Shown here piece by piece: positions 17,035-29,500 of a stretch of DNA of 64,000 bases. A program made the position numbers and the translations under genes. Numbering within the stretch: position 1 is the stretch's first letter; every line of letters begins with the position of its first letter. The notes below the pieces were generated by a model. The model worked only from the letters and a program-made list of their open reading frames with translations, did no database searches and was not told the DNA's origin. The stretch comes from Macrostomum hystrix (Eukaryota > Animalia > Platyhelminthes): the NCBI GenBank assembly GCA_950097015.1, contig CATNEN010000039.1, positions 15,624,001-15,688,000 on the forward strand. The letters are read 5' to 3'.

Positions 17035-17790
17035 TCCAACCCTTCCAGCATCCCTTCAACCTTTCCAGCTTCCTTCCAACCCTTCCAGCTTCCCTTCAAC
17101 CTTTCCAGCTTCCCTTCAACACTTCCAGCTTCCTTCCAACCCCTTCCGCTTCTCTTCAACCCTTCCAGCTTCCTTCCAACCCTTCCAGCTTCCTTCCAAC
17201 TGACTTTCAACCCTTCCAGCTTCCTTCCAACCCTTCCAGCTTCCTTCCAACTGACTTTCAACCCTTCCAGCTTCCTTCCAACCCTTCCAGCTTCCCTGCA
17301 ACCCTTCCAGCTTCCTTCCAACCCTTCCAGCTTCCTTCCAACTGACTTTCAACCCTTCCAGCTTCCTTCCAACCCTTCCAGCTTCCCTGCAACCCTTCCA
17401 GCTAACCCTTCCAGCTTCCCTTCAACCCATCCAGCTTCCTTCCAACCCTTCCAGCTTCCCTTCAACCCTGCAATCTTCCTTCCAACCCTGCAATCTTCCT
17501 TCCAACCCTGCAATCTTCCTTCCAACCCTGCAATCTTCCTTCCAACCCTGCAATCTTCCTTCCAACCCTGTAATCTTCCTTCCAACCCTTCCAGCTTCCC
17601 TACAACCCTGCAATCTTCCTTCCAACCCTTCAAGCTTCCTTCCAACCCTGCAATCTTCCTTCCAACCCTTCCAGCTTCCCTTCAACCCTGCAATCTTCCT
17701 TCCAACCCTTCCAGCTTCCCTTCAACCCTGCAATCTTCCTTCCAACTCTTCAAGCTTCCTTCCAACCCTGCAATCTTCCTTCAACCCTTA
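17035..17790. repeat. 20-bp minisatellite AACCCTTCCAGCTTCCTTCC grading into AACCCTGCAATCTTCCTTCC
   Basis: Direct inspection. Confidence 0.95.
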
Positions 17791-18331
17791 AAACCTCCGT
17801 CCAACTAATCAAATTTTCTTTGACAAATGAATGTTTCAAACGAATTTAAAGTATTTTTCTTCACAAATTTGTCCCGTACAGAAACAAGCGCTTGCATTTA
17901 TTTATACAAAAATTTTATTTTGTAAGCGCACGGCTCCTTCAGCAGATTTTTAAAGCAGTCTTATGGAAAAGTGTGACAACATCAATACAACAATGAAACA
18001 ACAACAACAGGTACACAGACTGCAATGGCGCAAATAGGAAAGTCAGTCGGCATAGACAAGAGGTGGGAGAGAATTGCAGTGCAGAAAATACTGCAAGCTC
18101 GAATCAGAATTATTGTATTACAATTGCTAAACATTTCGGCTAGGCGTACGAGAATCATTACTGCTATCCGTACATGGACGACACAGGTGCAGTACCCGGG
18201 AGCTTTATTAATAGTAGGTACTCTCAGTACGTAAAAATGCACGCTGCAAAATAGCTAAGAATATTCAGTAGTGGAAAGCTTAAAAAAACTTTTGCATTTT
18301 TGTATGCAACAATTTTTAAGGGTTATCCACA

Positions 18332-18672
18332 TCGCTTAACCACCTCACTCCGCTTAGCCACCTCACTGCGCTAAGCCACCTCACTCCGCTTAGCCACCTC
18401 ACTCCGCTTAACCACCTCACTCTGCTTAGCCACCTCACTCCGCTTAACCACCTCACTCCGCTTACCCACCTCACTCCGCTTAGCCACCTCACTCCGCTTA
18501 GCCACCTCACTCCGCTTAACCACCTCACTCTGCTTAACCACCTCACTCCGCTTTGCCACCTCACTCTGCTTAACCACCTCACTCCGCTTTGCCACCACAC
18601 TCCACACGCCTACCTCACTCTAAACACCCACCTCACTACGCACTCACTCTGCGCACTCACCTCACTCCGCAC
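18332..18672. repeat. 18-bp minisatellite CCACCTCACTCCGCTTAG
   Basis: About 15 copies plus a degenerate tail. Confidence 0.93.
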
Positions 18673-19520
18673 CTAACAGGAGCGTTTTAGAAGCTAACAT
18701 CTAGAAGTTTTTGAGTAATCGCGAATCAAAGTATCAATAAATAGTTAATCAGACTTGTTCGAAGTTCAACAAAGTTCTTCGAAGTAATTCCGTTGTCGAA
18801 AAGTAAAGCGATAGAAAAGCGCAAGCATAGCAAACAGCTATTGAAATTTTTCAAAGAAAAAATCGATGCGCAATATGCAAACACAAGATTGGTTACCAAT
18901 TTTACCAGTAAAGATCAAATATAAAAATTAAAAATGACTCGATTGTAAAATCATGCTATCCATCGATAGATCGCAATCGGAAATCTTTTTTTCGAAAAAA
19001 AAACTTTATATTAACAGCAGTAATATGCAAACATTTTAAACATAAGCATATGCTTTTGCATATAATCGTGAAGCGATTCGATAGAATCGATGTCGCCTAC
19101 TGCAAGTAGAATAATAAGGGAATGCTAAGGCGGAAATTTGCGGGAAGCGATAAGAAATAGGGATAATAGACCAAAGAAATTAGTCAGGAAGATAGTTAAT
19201 CTTATATACAGGCCAATACTTTAGTAGCTGTACAACAAGCAGTTTAAAATGACTGAGGGTTGCCCCACAGACATTTGAATGAGTTCTACAATATTTTATC
19301 TTAATAAAAAGAAAAGCAATAATAACAAAGACTGTTCCACTCTTTATCCAAAGACAAAACTCAATATTAAAAGTGTTGTTTTATGTCCAGGAGACAAATA
19401 CAATTATTCGCTGCGTTTAACTTGAACATTTTAACTGCTAGGCCTTAGCAACTGTCCTCCTAGCAATAGTGGCATTTACCCAAGAAGTTTGGACTTCGAC
19501 TGGATCTTCATTGTTGTCAA

Positions 19521-19930
19521 GAACCGCTTCCTTAACAACAATGTCTCAATAACCGCTTCCTTAACAACAATGTCTCAACAACCGCTTCCTTAGCAACAAT
19601 GTCTCAACAACCGCTTCCTTAACAACAATGTCTCAACAACCGCTTCCTTAGCAACAATGTCTCAACAACCGCTTCCTTAGCAACAATGTCTCAACAACCG
19701 CTTCCTTAGCAACAATGTCTCAACAACCGCTTCCTTAACAACAATGTCTCAATAACCGCTTCCTTAACAACAATGTCTCAACAACCGCTTCCTTAGCAAC
19801 AATGTCTCAACAACCGCTTCCTTAGCAACAATGTCTCAACAACCGCTTCCTTAGCAACAATGTCTCAACAACCGCTTCCTTAGCAGCTATGTCTCAACAA
19901 CCGCTTCCTTAGCAACAATGTCTCAAGGAC
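19521..19930. repeat. 29-bp minisatellite AACCGCTTCCTTAGCAACAATGTCTCAAC (DDR 3' UTR region)
   Basis: About 14 copies. Confidence 0.95.
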
Positions 19931-20014
19931 CGATTCCCTAGCAACAGTGCATTCTGAAGTCTCCCTAGAAACTCCTTAGCAACGGAGCCTAAAAAACCGT
20001 TACCCTAGCAACAG

Positions 20015-20548
20015 TCAAGATCGACGCCGCCGCAGCAAGCTGGCGTCCTTAGCTGTAAATCCGCAGTCGCGACGATGCAGGAAGGCGCGAATGTCGCGGA
20101 AGCGCGGCCTGCAGGACTCGTCCCTCTGCCAGCACTGGCACATTAAGTCGTAGAGCTCGCGCGGGCAGAGCGGTGGACAGGGTAGCGGCAGGGCGGCACC
20201 GTCGCTTTTGAGGATGTGGTGACAGTTGTCGATCACCTGCTCGTCGGTGAGGCCGGCAAATGGCTGATCCCGGCAGAGGGTGAGCAGCTCCCACATGGTG
20301 ACGGCGAAGCTCCAGACGTCGCTGGCGGTGGTGAATCGGCCGTGCAGAAGGGCCTCCCAGGCCATCCAGCGAACCGGCAGGGGGCCAGCGCAGCCGTCCA
20401 GGCGATAATAATCTGCCGAATAGATTGGCCTGGACATGCCGAAGTCGCAGATCTTGACGCAGAATGCTTCACCGAGTAGGCAGTTGCGCGCGGCCAGGTC
20501 ACGGTGAACCAACTGCACCGACTCCAGGTAGGTCATGCCGCTTGCCAC
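20015..20548 (-). CDS. DDR: DDR exon 9 (kinase C-lobe and stop)
   Basis: tccag|GTG acceptor; encodes [27 protein letters not shown]. Confidence 0.94.
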   Translation of the reverse strand: MASGMTYLESVQLVHRDLAARNCLLGEAFCVKICDFGMSRPIYSADYYRLDGCAGPLPVRWMAWEALLHGRFTTASDVWSFAVTMWELLTLCRDQPFAGLTDEQVIDNCHHILKSDGAALPLPCPPLCPRELYDLMCQCWQRDESCRPRFRDIRAFLHRRDCGFTAKDASLLRRRRS

Positions 20549-23500
20549 CTGGATGGCGAGAAAAATTAACGATTTTTTGATAAAAGATGCTGCACAATAC
20601 ATAGCTGACCTCAAACCAGACAGCTAAGTCACTTCCGACAGGCACCTTAATTTAGACACCCACCTCCCTCCACGTATCTGCCCTAATTCAGATACCACTC
20701 TCGGACAGCCACCCCATTCCACCTCACTCCCTACAACCACGTCACTTACGACACCCACTTCACTTCCGACAGCCACCTCACTCCCTACAACCACGTCACT
20801 TACGACACCCACTTCACTTCCGACAGCCACCTCACTCCAGACAGCCACCTCACTCCAGACAGCCACCTTACTCCAGACAGCCAACTCCCTCCAGACAGCC
20901 AACTCACTCCAGACAGCCAGCTCACTCCAGACAGCCACCTTACTCCAGACAGCCAACTCACTCCAGACAGCCAACTCACTCCAGACAGCCAACTCACTCC
21001 AGACAGCCAGCTCACTCCAGACAGCCAGCTCACTCCAGACAGCCACCTCACTCCAGACAGCCACCTTACTCCAGACAGCCACCTCACTCCAGACAGCTTA
21101 ATAATCGTATTGACAATCTTACCTGGGCCGCCATGTGGACCAAGCAGCCGTAGCTGAGTGGTGGCTCCGGTCCGCCAACGTTGCCAACGGACTGCAGAAA
21201 TTGGTGCAGGTCGCCGTGCTGCATGTATTCGACAAGGACAGCGCACAGGTCGGATCCGGACACAACGCCGAGAACGCGCACAATGTTGGGATCGCGCAGT
21301 CTGGCCAGGGTTCGAGTCTCGCGTCGAAAATCTTCGGCCGCCAGCGGATTCGAGCCCGGACTACGCAGAGTCTTGGCCGCCACCAGCAGCGGCTGAGCCG
21401 GCGTTGAATCGGCGGACGGTGGCGTCCATTCCGCTAGGCGGACTTCGCCGAATTTGCCGCCGCCAAGGCGCTCCTTCAGCACAACGGATGACAACGGGAC
21501 CTCCAGGGCTGCGAGAGCCGCCTCGAGCTGGCGCGGACTGCCGTCGGACAGACTCGGCTGAGCCACGGGGCAGCCGTAGACGGTGCTGCCGGAACAGCCT
21601 GGAAGTTTGGAGTGTGTGGGCTGAGTGAACAATAAATAATAATAATCATTGCAGGAGGGCTGCGGGCAATGGCACATCAATTGGTGACACTAGACCCGCA
21701 GCCAGCGAGGAGGCAATTATGCCCATTTGACTCCTGAACACACGCTCACACAGGTGTGTACATCTGCCCTGACTTTCTCATCGTCAGGCAGTGTACACTC
21801 TCACTGTGCCTTGGAGGTTGGCCCTCAAGGGCGTAAATTGCACGACAAGCCCCCAAGCCTTCTCTTCAATATGGCCTCGCCGCGAAATCGAACTTTGGCG
21901 CAGGAGGAGGTGCGGGAGGCAAAAGCGTTAGACCGCTCTGCCACCCACCCCCCACGGCTGAGTGAAATTCTAGACAGAACAACTAGCAGCAGAAAGTGGC
22001 TTCATCAAATGCTGGTCTACAAACACATTGTGCTGAGGTATTGCTTTGCATTTCATCAGAGGCCTGGCTTTGGACTAAGCTGCAGCTGACGGACAGCCCG
22101 CAAGAGAGTTACGTAACTGGTGGACAGGAAGTAAAGAAGAAAAAATCCAAGACGACAAAGAAAAAACTAAGGAGGAGAAGAAAGGAAGAATTGGGGTGAA
22201 GATTTGCACAGAAATTAACAGATTAAACCGAATTCCAAGGAAGAGGAAATGACAAAAACTAAAAAATCTGTAAAAAAAACATTGCGAATCTAAACAGCGC
22301 CAAACCCGATGAAGCAATGTCCAATCACAGAATATGAGTCAGCTATGAAACTTTGCGCAATGCATCATATTCACACGAATGGGAATATCACTGATTTTAA
22401 ATCAATAATTAAAAATCAAACAAGCAGAAAACAGCTTTTTTGGTTTTAGGAACCATATATCCCAGATCCGGGATTTACTGAATTTAATAAATTAAATAAT
22501 ATTTTTCTTACTAATTGATTACACCTGCCCCAACTGGGCCAGATGTGCAGCCGACAGCACAGCCGCAGCTATTGCGCGGCGCACCTGAAGGCTGCGTACG
22601 GCTGTTCAGTCCATGGACTGGGGGGACGCCAAACCTACCCGCAATTACCCCAACTGATGCTGGTACCCATTTAACAGCTGAGTGAACTGCTGTCCTGTAA
22701 CAGCTGTCGAACCCCCGACCTTTGAGTCCTGAATCCTCAAATTAAAATAGTCTTAAATCCCAGATCCCAGATATCCGCAGCTGTTAAAAAATAAATCGGA
22801 GAATTTTCTATCACCTTGCAGGTTTAAATCTGAGGGAAATCTTGGAACAGGCGGCGGTGGCGGCGGAGGCGGTGGCGGCAGCTGTCTTGACATCAGACTC
22901 TGCGACTGATGCTGCTGCTGCTGCGGCTGCAGAGACATTATGCCATTGGGAATGGAACCCCTTGGCCTGGCGTAGGTGCCTAGGCCGGGGATGTACACCT
23001 GCTGCTGCAGCAGGTGCGGGCCGCACAGAGTGGTGCTGGCGTAGGCGGCGGCATCTCCGGGTTGCAGCTGCTGCTGCTGCTGCTGCTGCTGCTGGGGAGG
23101 CAGAATCAGCGGAGAGAATGACGCAGCCGCGTAGGTGTAAGCGTCCGTGCCGCAGCTGCGGTTGTCCTCGCCGCCAGTCATTGTGTCGTCGTCATTATTA
23201 TTAAGAGTCTTGTAGGAGGCGGACTGTAGCAGGTGCCCGCCTGTGGAATAGCCGAGCACAACAGCCGGTCGGCCATTGCCATAGTCCAAGTGAACCGTCT
23301 CAGCAGCTTTGTACTGACTTTGGTGAGATAGAAACTGCTGCTGCTGCTGCTGATGAAGGGGCAGATTGTAACGCGGAGTGAAGATGTCCTGACGCTGCTG
23401 CTTCTTGCGCAGCTGGCGTCGTCGAAGGCAAAGAACCCCGATGCTAGCCATGAGAGCCAGGGCTCCAACTAGGATGGCCACAATGATTCCGATGTACATC

Positions 23501-26500
23501 AGCTCGCTGTCTCGGCCGAATGCGGCTCCGGGGGCGTCGACGCGATCTTGAGCGTTGCCAGGCTGCAGACGAGGAACTGGTGATGAAGCTAGAATCGGCG
23601 GTGGGAGAGATCCGGATGCTGGCGGCTCGCTGGGCGACGCATTCGAATTCGGATTTGGCGGAGGCCACAGGCCGCCGCTGCCGCTGCTGCCGATGTCGGT
23701 TGATTCAGTGAGCGGCGGGTTATTGACGATTTCTAGAATGCGAAAGGACGGTGGCCCAGTTGGAATTGATTTTCTAGCCCGGCGGAGGGAGGTGATAGTT
23801 TTTGGGGTGGCGGGTTGGAATTGATTTCTAGCCCGGCGGAGGGAGGTGGTCGATTTTTGGGGTGGTGGGTTAGACCTGATTTCTAGCCCCACGGAGGGAG
23901 GTGGTTGGTCGATTTTTGGGGTGGTGGGTTAGACTTGATTTCTAGCCCCACGGAGGGAGGTGGTTGGTTGATTTTTGGGGTGGTGGGTTAGACTTGATTT
24001 CTAGCCCCACGGAGGGAGGTGGTTGGTTGATTTTTGGGGTGGTAGGTTAGACTTGATTTCTAACCCTGGGTGTTCAGCAGTGCAAGCCATTTCTAGCGCA
24101 CCAGAAAACTGTGAGTGATCTATTTTATTTTGAATATTTCCAAACGTCAGCTTGTGCGAGGGACGAGACAACCAAAATAATGACAGATTTTAGGAGATAA
24201 ACAAACAGAATGAACCTCTTATTAAAGTAGAAAAGTAAATTGAAAAATGTCAAAGCAGAGACGGACGATTTGTTCGGCGTGCTATAAGAGAGCGGCCCGA
24301 TAGGTAAATAAAGGATAAGAATGTGATGTCTAGATATTGATCTGCAAAAGAAAGTAGCAAGCAATTTCTTCACAAAGCCATTTTGCCGCCCTGTCTCGGT
24401 CTCGATGCCAAGCAATCGAGCAAGCATCCATTCTATTTTTCATTTTCTAATTTCGCGTAAAAAAAACCTGGCACAAGCGAATGGCGAGAGAAGAAAATCG
24501 ACTTTGCCATTGCCAAAACACGAACGGTCACGTAGATCTTTTTCTGTTTCTGTCAGTGTTCTGCTTTCACACGTGCCATTTGCTGCAGGGAGGAATCGCT
24601 TGTCATGAAGTGTCCTGGGGAAGCCATTTTTTTAAAAGGACGCCAAAATTGGCAGATGTTTGGCATCTGTGCGTGCTGGTGTCTTTAGAGAAGAACTTTT
24701 TTATTGGAAGTCTTCCACTGATCAGTCAGTGGCACTTTTAAATTGGATTTCGTGCAGAAATCGACTGATAACCTGGACTTCTACATTAAATTAATATCGT
24801 ACAACTGTCTCTCAATTTCTCATTCTCTCTTTCACCCCACATCTCTTCCCTGTTTTCTACCCCTATCTCTTCCCTGTTTTCTACCCCTATCTCTTCCCTG
24901 TTTTCTACCCCTATCTCTCCACTGTTTCTACCCCTATCTCTCCACTGTTTCTACCCCTATCTCTCCACTGTTTTCTACCCCTATCTCTCCACTGCTTGCT
25001 ACCCCTATCTCTCCACTGTATTCTACTTCTATCTCTTCCCTGTTTTCTACCCCTATCTCTCCACTGTTTCTACCCCTATCTCTCCACTGTTTCTACCCCT
25101 ATCTCTCCACTGTTTTCTACCCCTATCTCTCCACTGCTTGCTACCCCTATCTCTCCACTGTATTCTACTTCTATCTCTCCATTGTTTTCTACCCCTATCT
25201 CTCCACTGTTTGCTACCCCACATCTCTACCCCTACTCCACTGTTCTCTACCCCTATCTCTCCACTGTTTGCTACCCCTATCTCTCCACTGCCTAGCCTAT
25301 TATATTACCTTATTAATTTTAAGACACATTCTACAATATGACTGCGTCGACGATATTTGTTAATTTGCTAATAGAAATTCCTTTTTTTCCCTTCTTTCTT
25401 CCCTACTTTCTCTTTGTCTCCTTATTAGCTGTGACAGCGTACAGACACAAGCTTTATGAGAAAGTAAATCTAATTTTTGGGATTCTCTGACAAATATCCC
25501 CCACACGGCGTCAAGCCCGGCCTAATTAGTGTGCCCCCAGGGCGGGTTCAGAAGGGAGGTTTGATAGAAATTTGGCACAAAAATGAGCGACAAACCGCCC
25601 CTGAGGGCGGATCAAACTTGCTTGATCGAAAATTTGAGCGATGAAAGACTCGAAATTGTATTCAATTATGCGGCTCCAGCGCTACTTAATTTTATTAGGC
25701 TATTGTTTCCAACACAGCGTGGCAATTTTCTATTTGCAACTGGAGAAACCTACAGGATCTGATCCTGTAGATTTTATCTTTTCAGCTGAAATTTTCAAAC
25801 ATCTAAAATGTCAGATTGCCAGGAGAGAGATGAATCAGGGGGGAGATAAGACAGGGGGGAGATGAGACAGGGGGAGATGAGACAGGGGAGAGAGATGAGA
25901 CACGGGAGAGATGAGACACGGGAGAGATGAGACACGGGAGAGATGAGACACGGGAGAGATGAGACAGGGGAGAGATGAGACAGGGGAGAGATGAGACACG
26001 GGAGAGATGAGACACGGGAGAGATGAGACAGGGGAGAGAGATGAGACACGGGAGAGATGAGACACGGGAGAGATGAGACACGGGAGAGATGAGACACGGG
26101 AGAGATGAGACAGGGGAGAGATGAGACGGGAGAGATGAGACAGGGGAGAGATGAGACAGGGGAGAGATGAGACACGGGAGAGATGAGACAGGGGGAGAGA
26201 TGAGACAGGGGAGAGATGAGACAGGGGAGAGATGAGACACGGGAGAGATGAGACACGGGAGAGATGAGACAGGGAAGAGATGAGACAGGGGAGAGATGAG
26301 ACACGGGAGAGATGAGACACGGGAGAGATGAGACACGGGAGAGATGAGACGGGAAAGAAGATGTTGGAGGGACCTGATTAGGGAGCTCTGTGGGACGTAT
26401 CTGGCCCGCGGCCGGAGTTTGCCAACCCATTTGAATGTTGTTCGGCTCACAACTCCCACAGCACTCAAACACCCGGTGAGTCATACGAGACTCGTATCAG

Positions 26501-29500
26501 GAATAGAGATGGGGGAGAAGAGGAACACAGAATGAATGAGTGAATGGGTCATCAGGCTCTGCATCCAGCGGAGTCTACGCTTGAGCATCTGTCGAGTTTT
26601 GTCTGCTTCTCAAAAGACAGAGAGACAGAGAGAGAAGAAAGACTGGCAGACTTGAAACTAAACAGATCTGTGGAGTGCCGTTTTGTCATCTGCAGTTCTC
26701 GTTAGATCCTCGAGCGCACGCAATAGCGAATGCCCAGCTGCTTTCTAATAATAATAAACAGCAACCAGCTTGCGCCATGTCTCCGCTATGTTTTCAACCG
26801 AACTCATTTGAAACGTTGTCCTCATTGCTATGCACATACTCTCGTCTTATGTCTCTCCTAATTCCTCTCCCTTGTCTCTTCTCTCCCCTATCTCATCTCT
26901 CCCTTGTCTCATCTCTCCCGTGTCTCATCTCTCCCGTGTGTCATCTCTCTCCTGTGTCTCATCTCTCCCGTGTCTCATCTCTCCTGTGTCTCATCTCCCC
27001 TGTCTCATCTCTCTCTTGTCTAATCTCTCCTGTGTCTCATCTCTCCCGTGTCTCATCTCTCCCGTGTCTCATCTCTCCCGTGTCTCATCTCTCCCCAATC
27101 TCATCTCTCTCTTGTCTAATCTCTCCTGTGTCTCATCTCTCCCGTGTCTCATCTCTCCCGTGTCTCATCTCTCCCGCGTCTTATCTCTCCCCTGTCTTCC
27201 CTCCCTGTTTCCTCTCTGCCGTGTCTCACGCAAGAACTTCGGTCCTTAGTCTCATGTCCACATCTCCCCTCTCAGGTAATAAAATTGGCGCAAAGTGCAA
27301 CTGTGTGAAAACGTTAAACAAAGCTAATTGTTTCGCGCATGTGTCCGAAAACAAATTCCAAGATTCTTTGATGACCATAATTTTGGATCCAATAAAACTG
27401 AGTAAGTCCACAACTTCAAAGACTAAAAACCTTTATTTCCGACCCTGTTTGTCTGACCCAGATGTCTGCCCAGCGGGAGATTCAATGCAACATAGCGTTA
27501 GGAAACAAAAAATGTGAATGGCCAAGTAGAGAGTGTGAAAAAATGGGGAAGATTTTACAACAACAGAAAACTGGAAACGTATACAAAGGAGGACTTATTG
27601 CGATAAACTGCACCAATAGTTAGTATACGAAGGTGACGATTAGTCAGAGAGTGTGTGCGAGCGGGTGAGGGCCAGAAAAGAGAATGGAAAGAAAGAAATA
27701 TCTTCCTTCTTTGCCCTCAATACGCGTTCGTACTATCAATCTATTTAGTTTTTGGATTCTGTTTGTCTGGTGCGTGTGAGTGTGTGTATCTAAAGGTCTT
27801 GGCAGCAGCAGTGGCGGCGGCACGAAAGTACAGATAAGAAGGATGCAAAAGTCGCATTGTAGAGGCAAGGTAATATAGGAAAGAAAAGTTGACCCTCTTC
27901 AATTATGAATTAACAAAATAGAAAGATCGCAAAGCTCCATATGTATTCATCAGGAAAGCGAAGAGAATGGCAAATTATGATATCTTCACTCACTTGCGTC
28001 CGCGACAGTTGGTAGGGAGAGAGCAAAGAGTACTTTCTAGTTCTAGACTGGTTGCTATGAGTGGGGGAGATCGCGCAGGTTTGGGTTGAGATAGGGATGA
28101 AGCTGGGATGACATGATTAAAAGAGGAAGATATGAGATAAGAGATAAAACATGAGATGTGAGATGAGAAGATGAGACGAGACGAGATAAGATGAGAAGAC
28201 AAGATGAGATGAGATCAGACGAGATGAGATGAGATGAGATTAGATGAGATGAGATGAGATGAGATGAGACGAGATGAGATGAGACGAGATGAGACCAGCC
28301 GATCTAAAATGAGACAAGATTTTGAGAGATAACAAAAACAAGCGAAAACGAAATCTTGTCTTCAGAAGGCAAACAGTGGAATGAAATAACTACTTCAGGG
28401 CCTGAAGAATCTCAAGTCAACCTTCTAGAAACGCTAAGCCTCCCCAGGCCTTAATCAGAGCCTTAGCGAGCCAAGGAAATAAATCCACAGGACAGGGATG
28501 AAATATTGTCGAGCACCGAACAAACAACGCAAGACTCGGTGACTAAACTAATAACAAATATCTAATAAGGGCGCCGTTGTGCGGCTTATAGACATAAATT
28601 TCTGATTTCGCGACTACTTGCGCGGGGATTCATTGGATGGGAGACAAGGACAGGGGAATATAGAGTGAGGAAATTTATCCCCTCCACCCGACTCGCTCGA
28701 GGCTTGGCAAAAATAAAAAGTGACACCCGCGAGTGGCAAGGCTTTGCAAAGAGGAAGCTGGAGATGAGGACCGACGGACAATTTTATTTTGTCTTTTCAA
28801 GAAGAATCTCATTGCCGAGAGCCTGTTGCGCGCGGCCAGAAACTGGGAAGGGGATGGATAGGAAGGAAGCTAGCGAGGCGAAGGGCCCCGGAGTCAGGCA
28901 TGCATGATTGATGATGAGGCGGAGACTTTTCCTACAGCTCGCCTCAGGCTCCGACAGGCTTCATCATCTATAATACAGTGGGCCGCGATGTCTCACTTTC
29001 ACTGCCATCGGTGGACACGAATTTCGTGTGGGGTTCGGGGGGGAATGCGAAATAAGGGGAAATGTGGACTCTCGCTTCTTCAAATATGAGTTAGCAGGGC
29101 TGCTTTAGGAATCCGAGCGTGACTATAAACTGAATAGTGAAACCAACTCCAATGAGATTCTGATTAAGGAAGATTCTGGTTTGGGAAGATTCTGGTTTTG
29201 GGAAGATTCTGGTTTGAAAGATTCTTGTTTTTGGAAGATTTTGGCTTGGGAAGATTCTGGCTTGGGAAGATTCTGTCATGGGAAGATTCTGGCTTGGGAA
29301 GATTCTGGTGTTGGGAAGATTCTGGTTTTGGGAAGATTCTGGTTTTTTAATTTCTGATGATAATGCATTGAATCGTGCGTTTGCTTTATGCTCGTCATTC
29401 ATAACTTCTCGTGTCTGAATGAGCTTACAATCCTGGTATTCCTGGTCATATAAGTCTATATTGGTGAGCTATTTCGAGAGACTGCGCTGGTATTTCCCTG

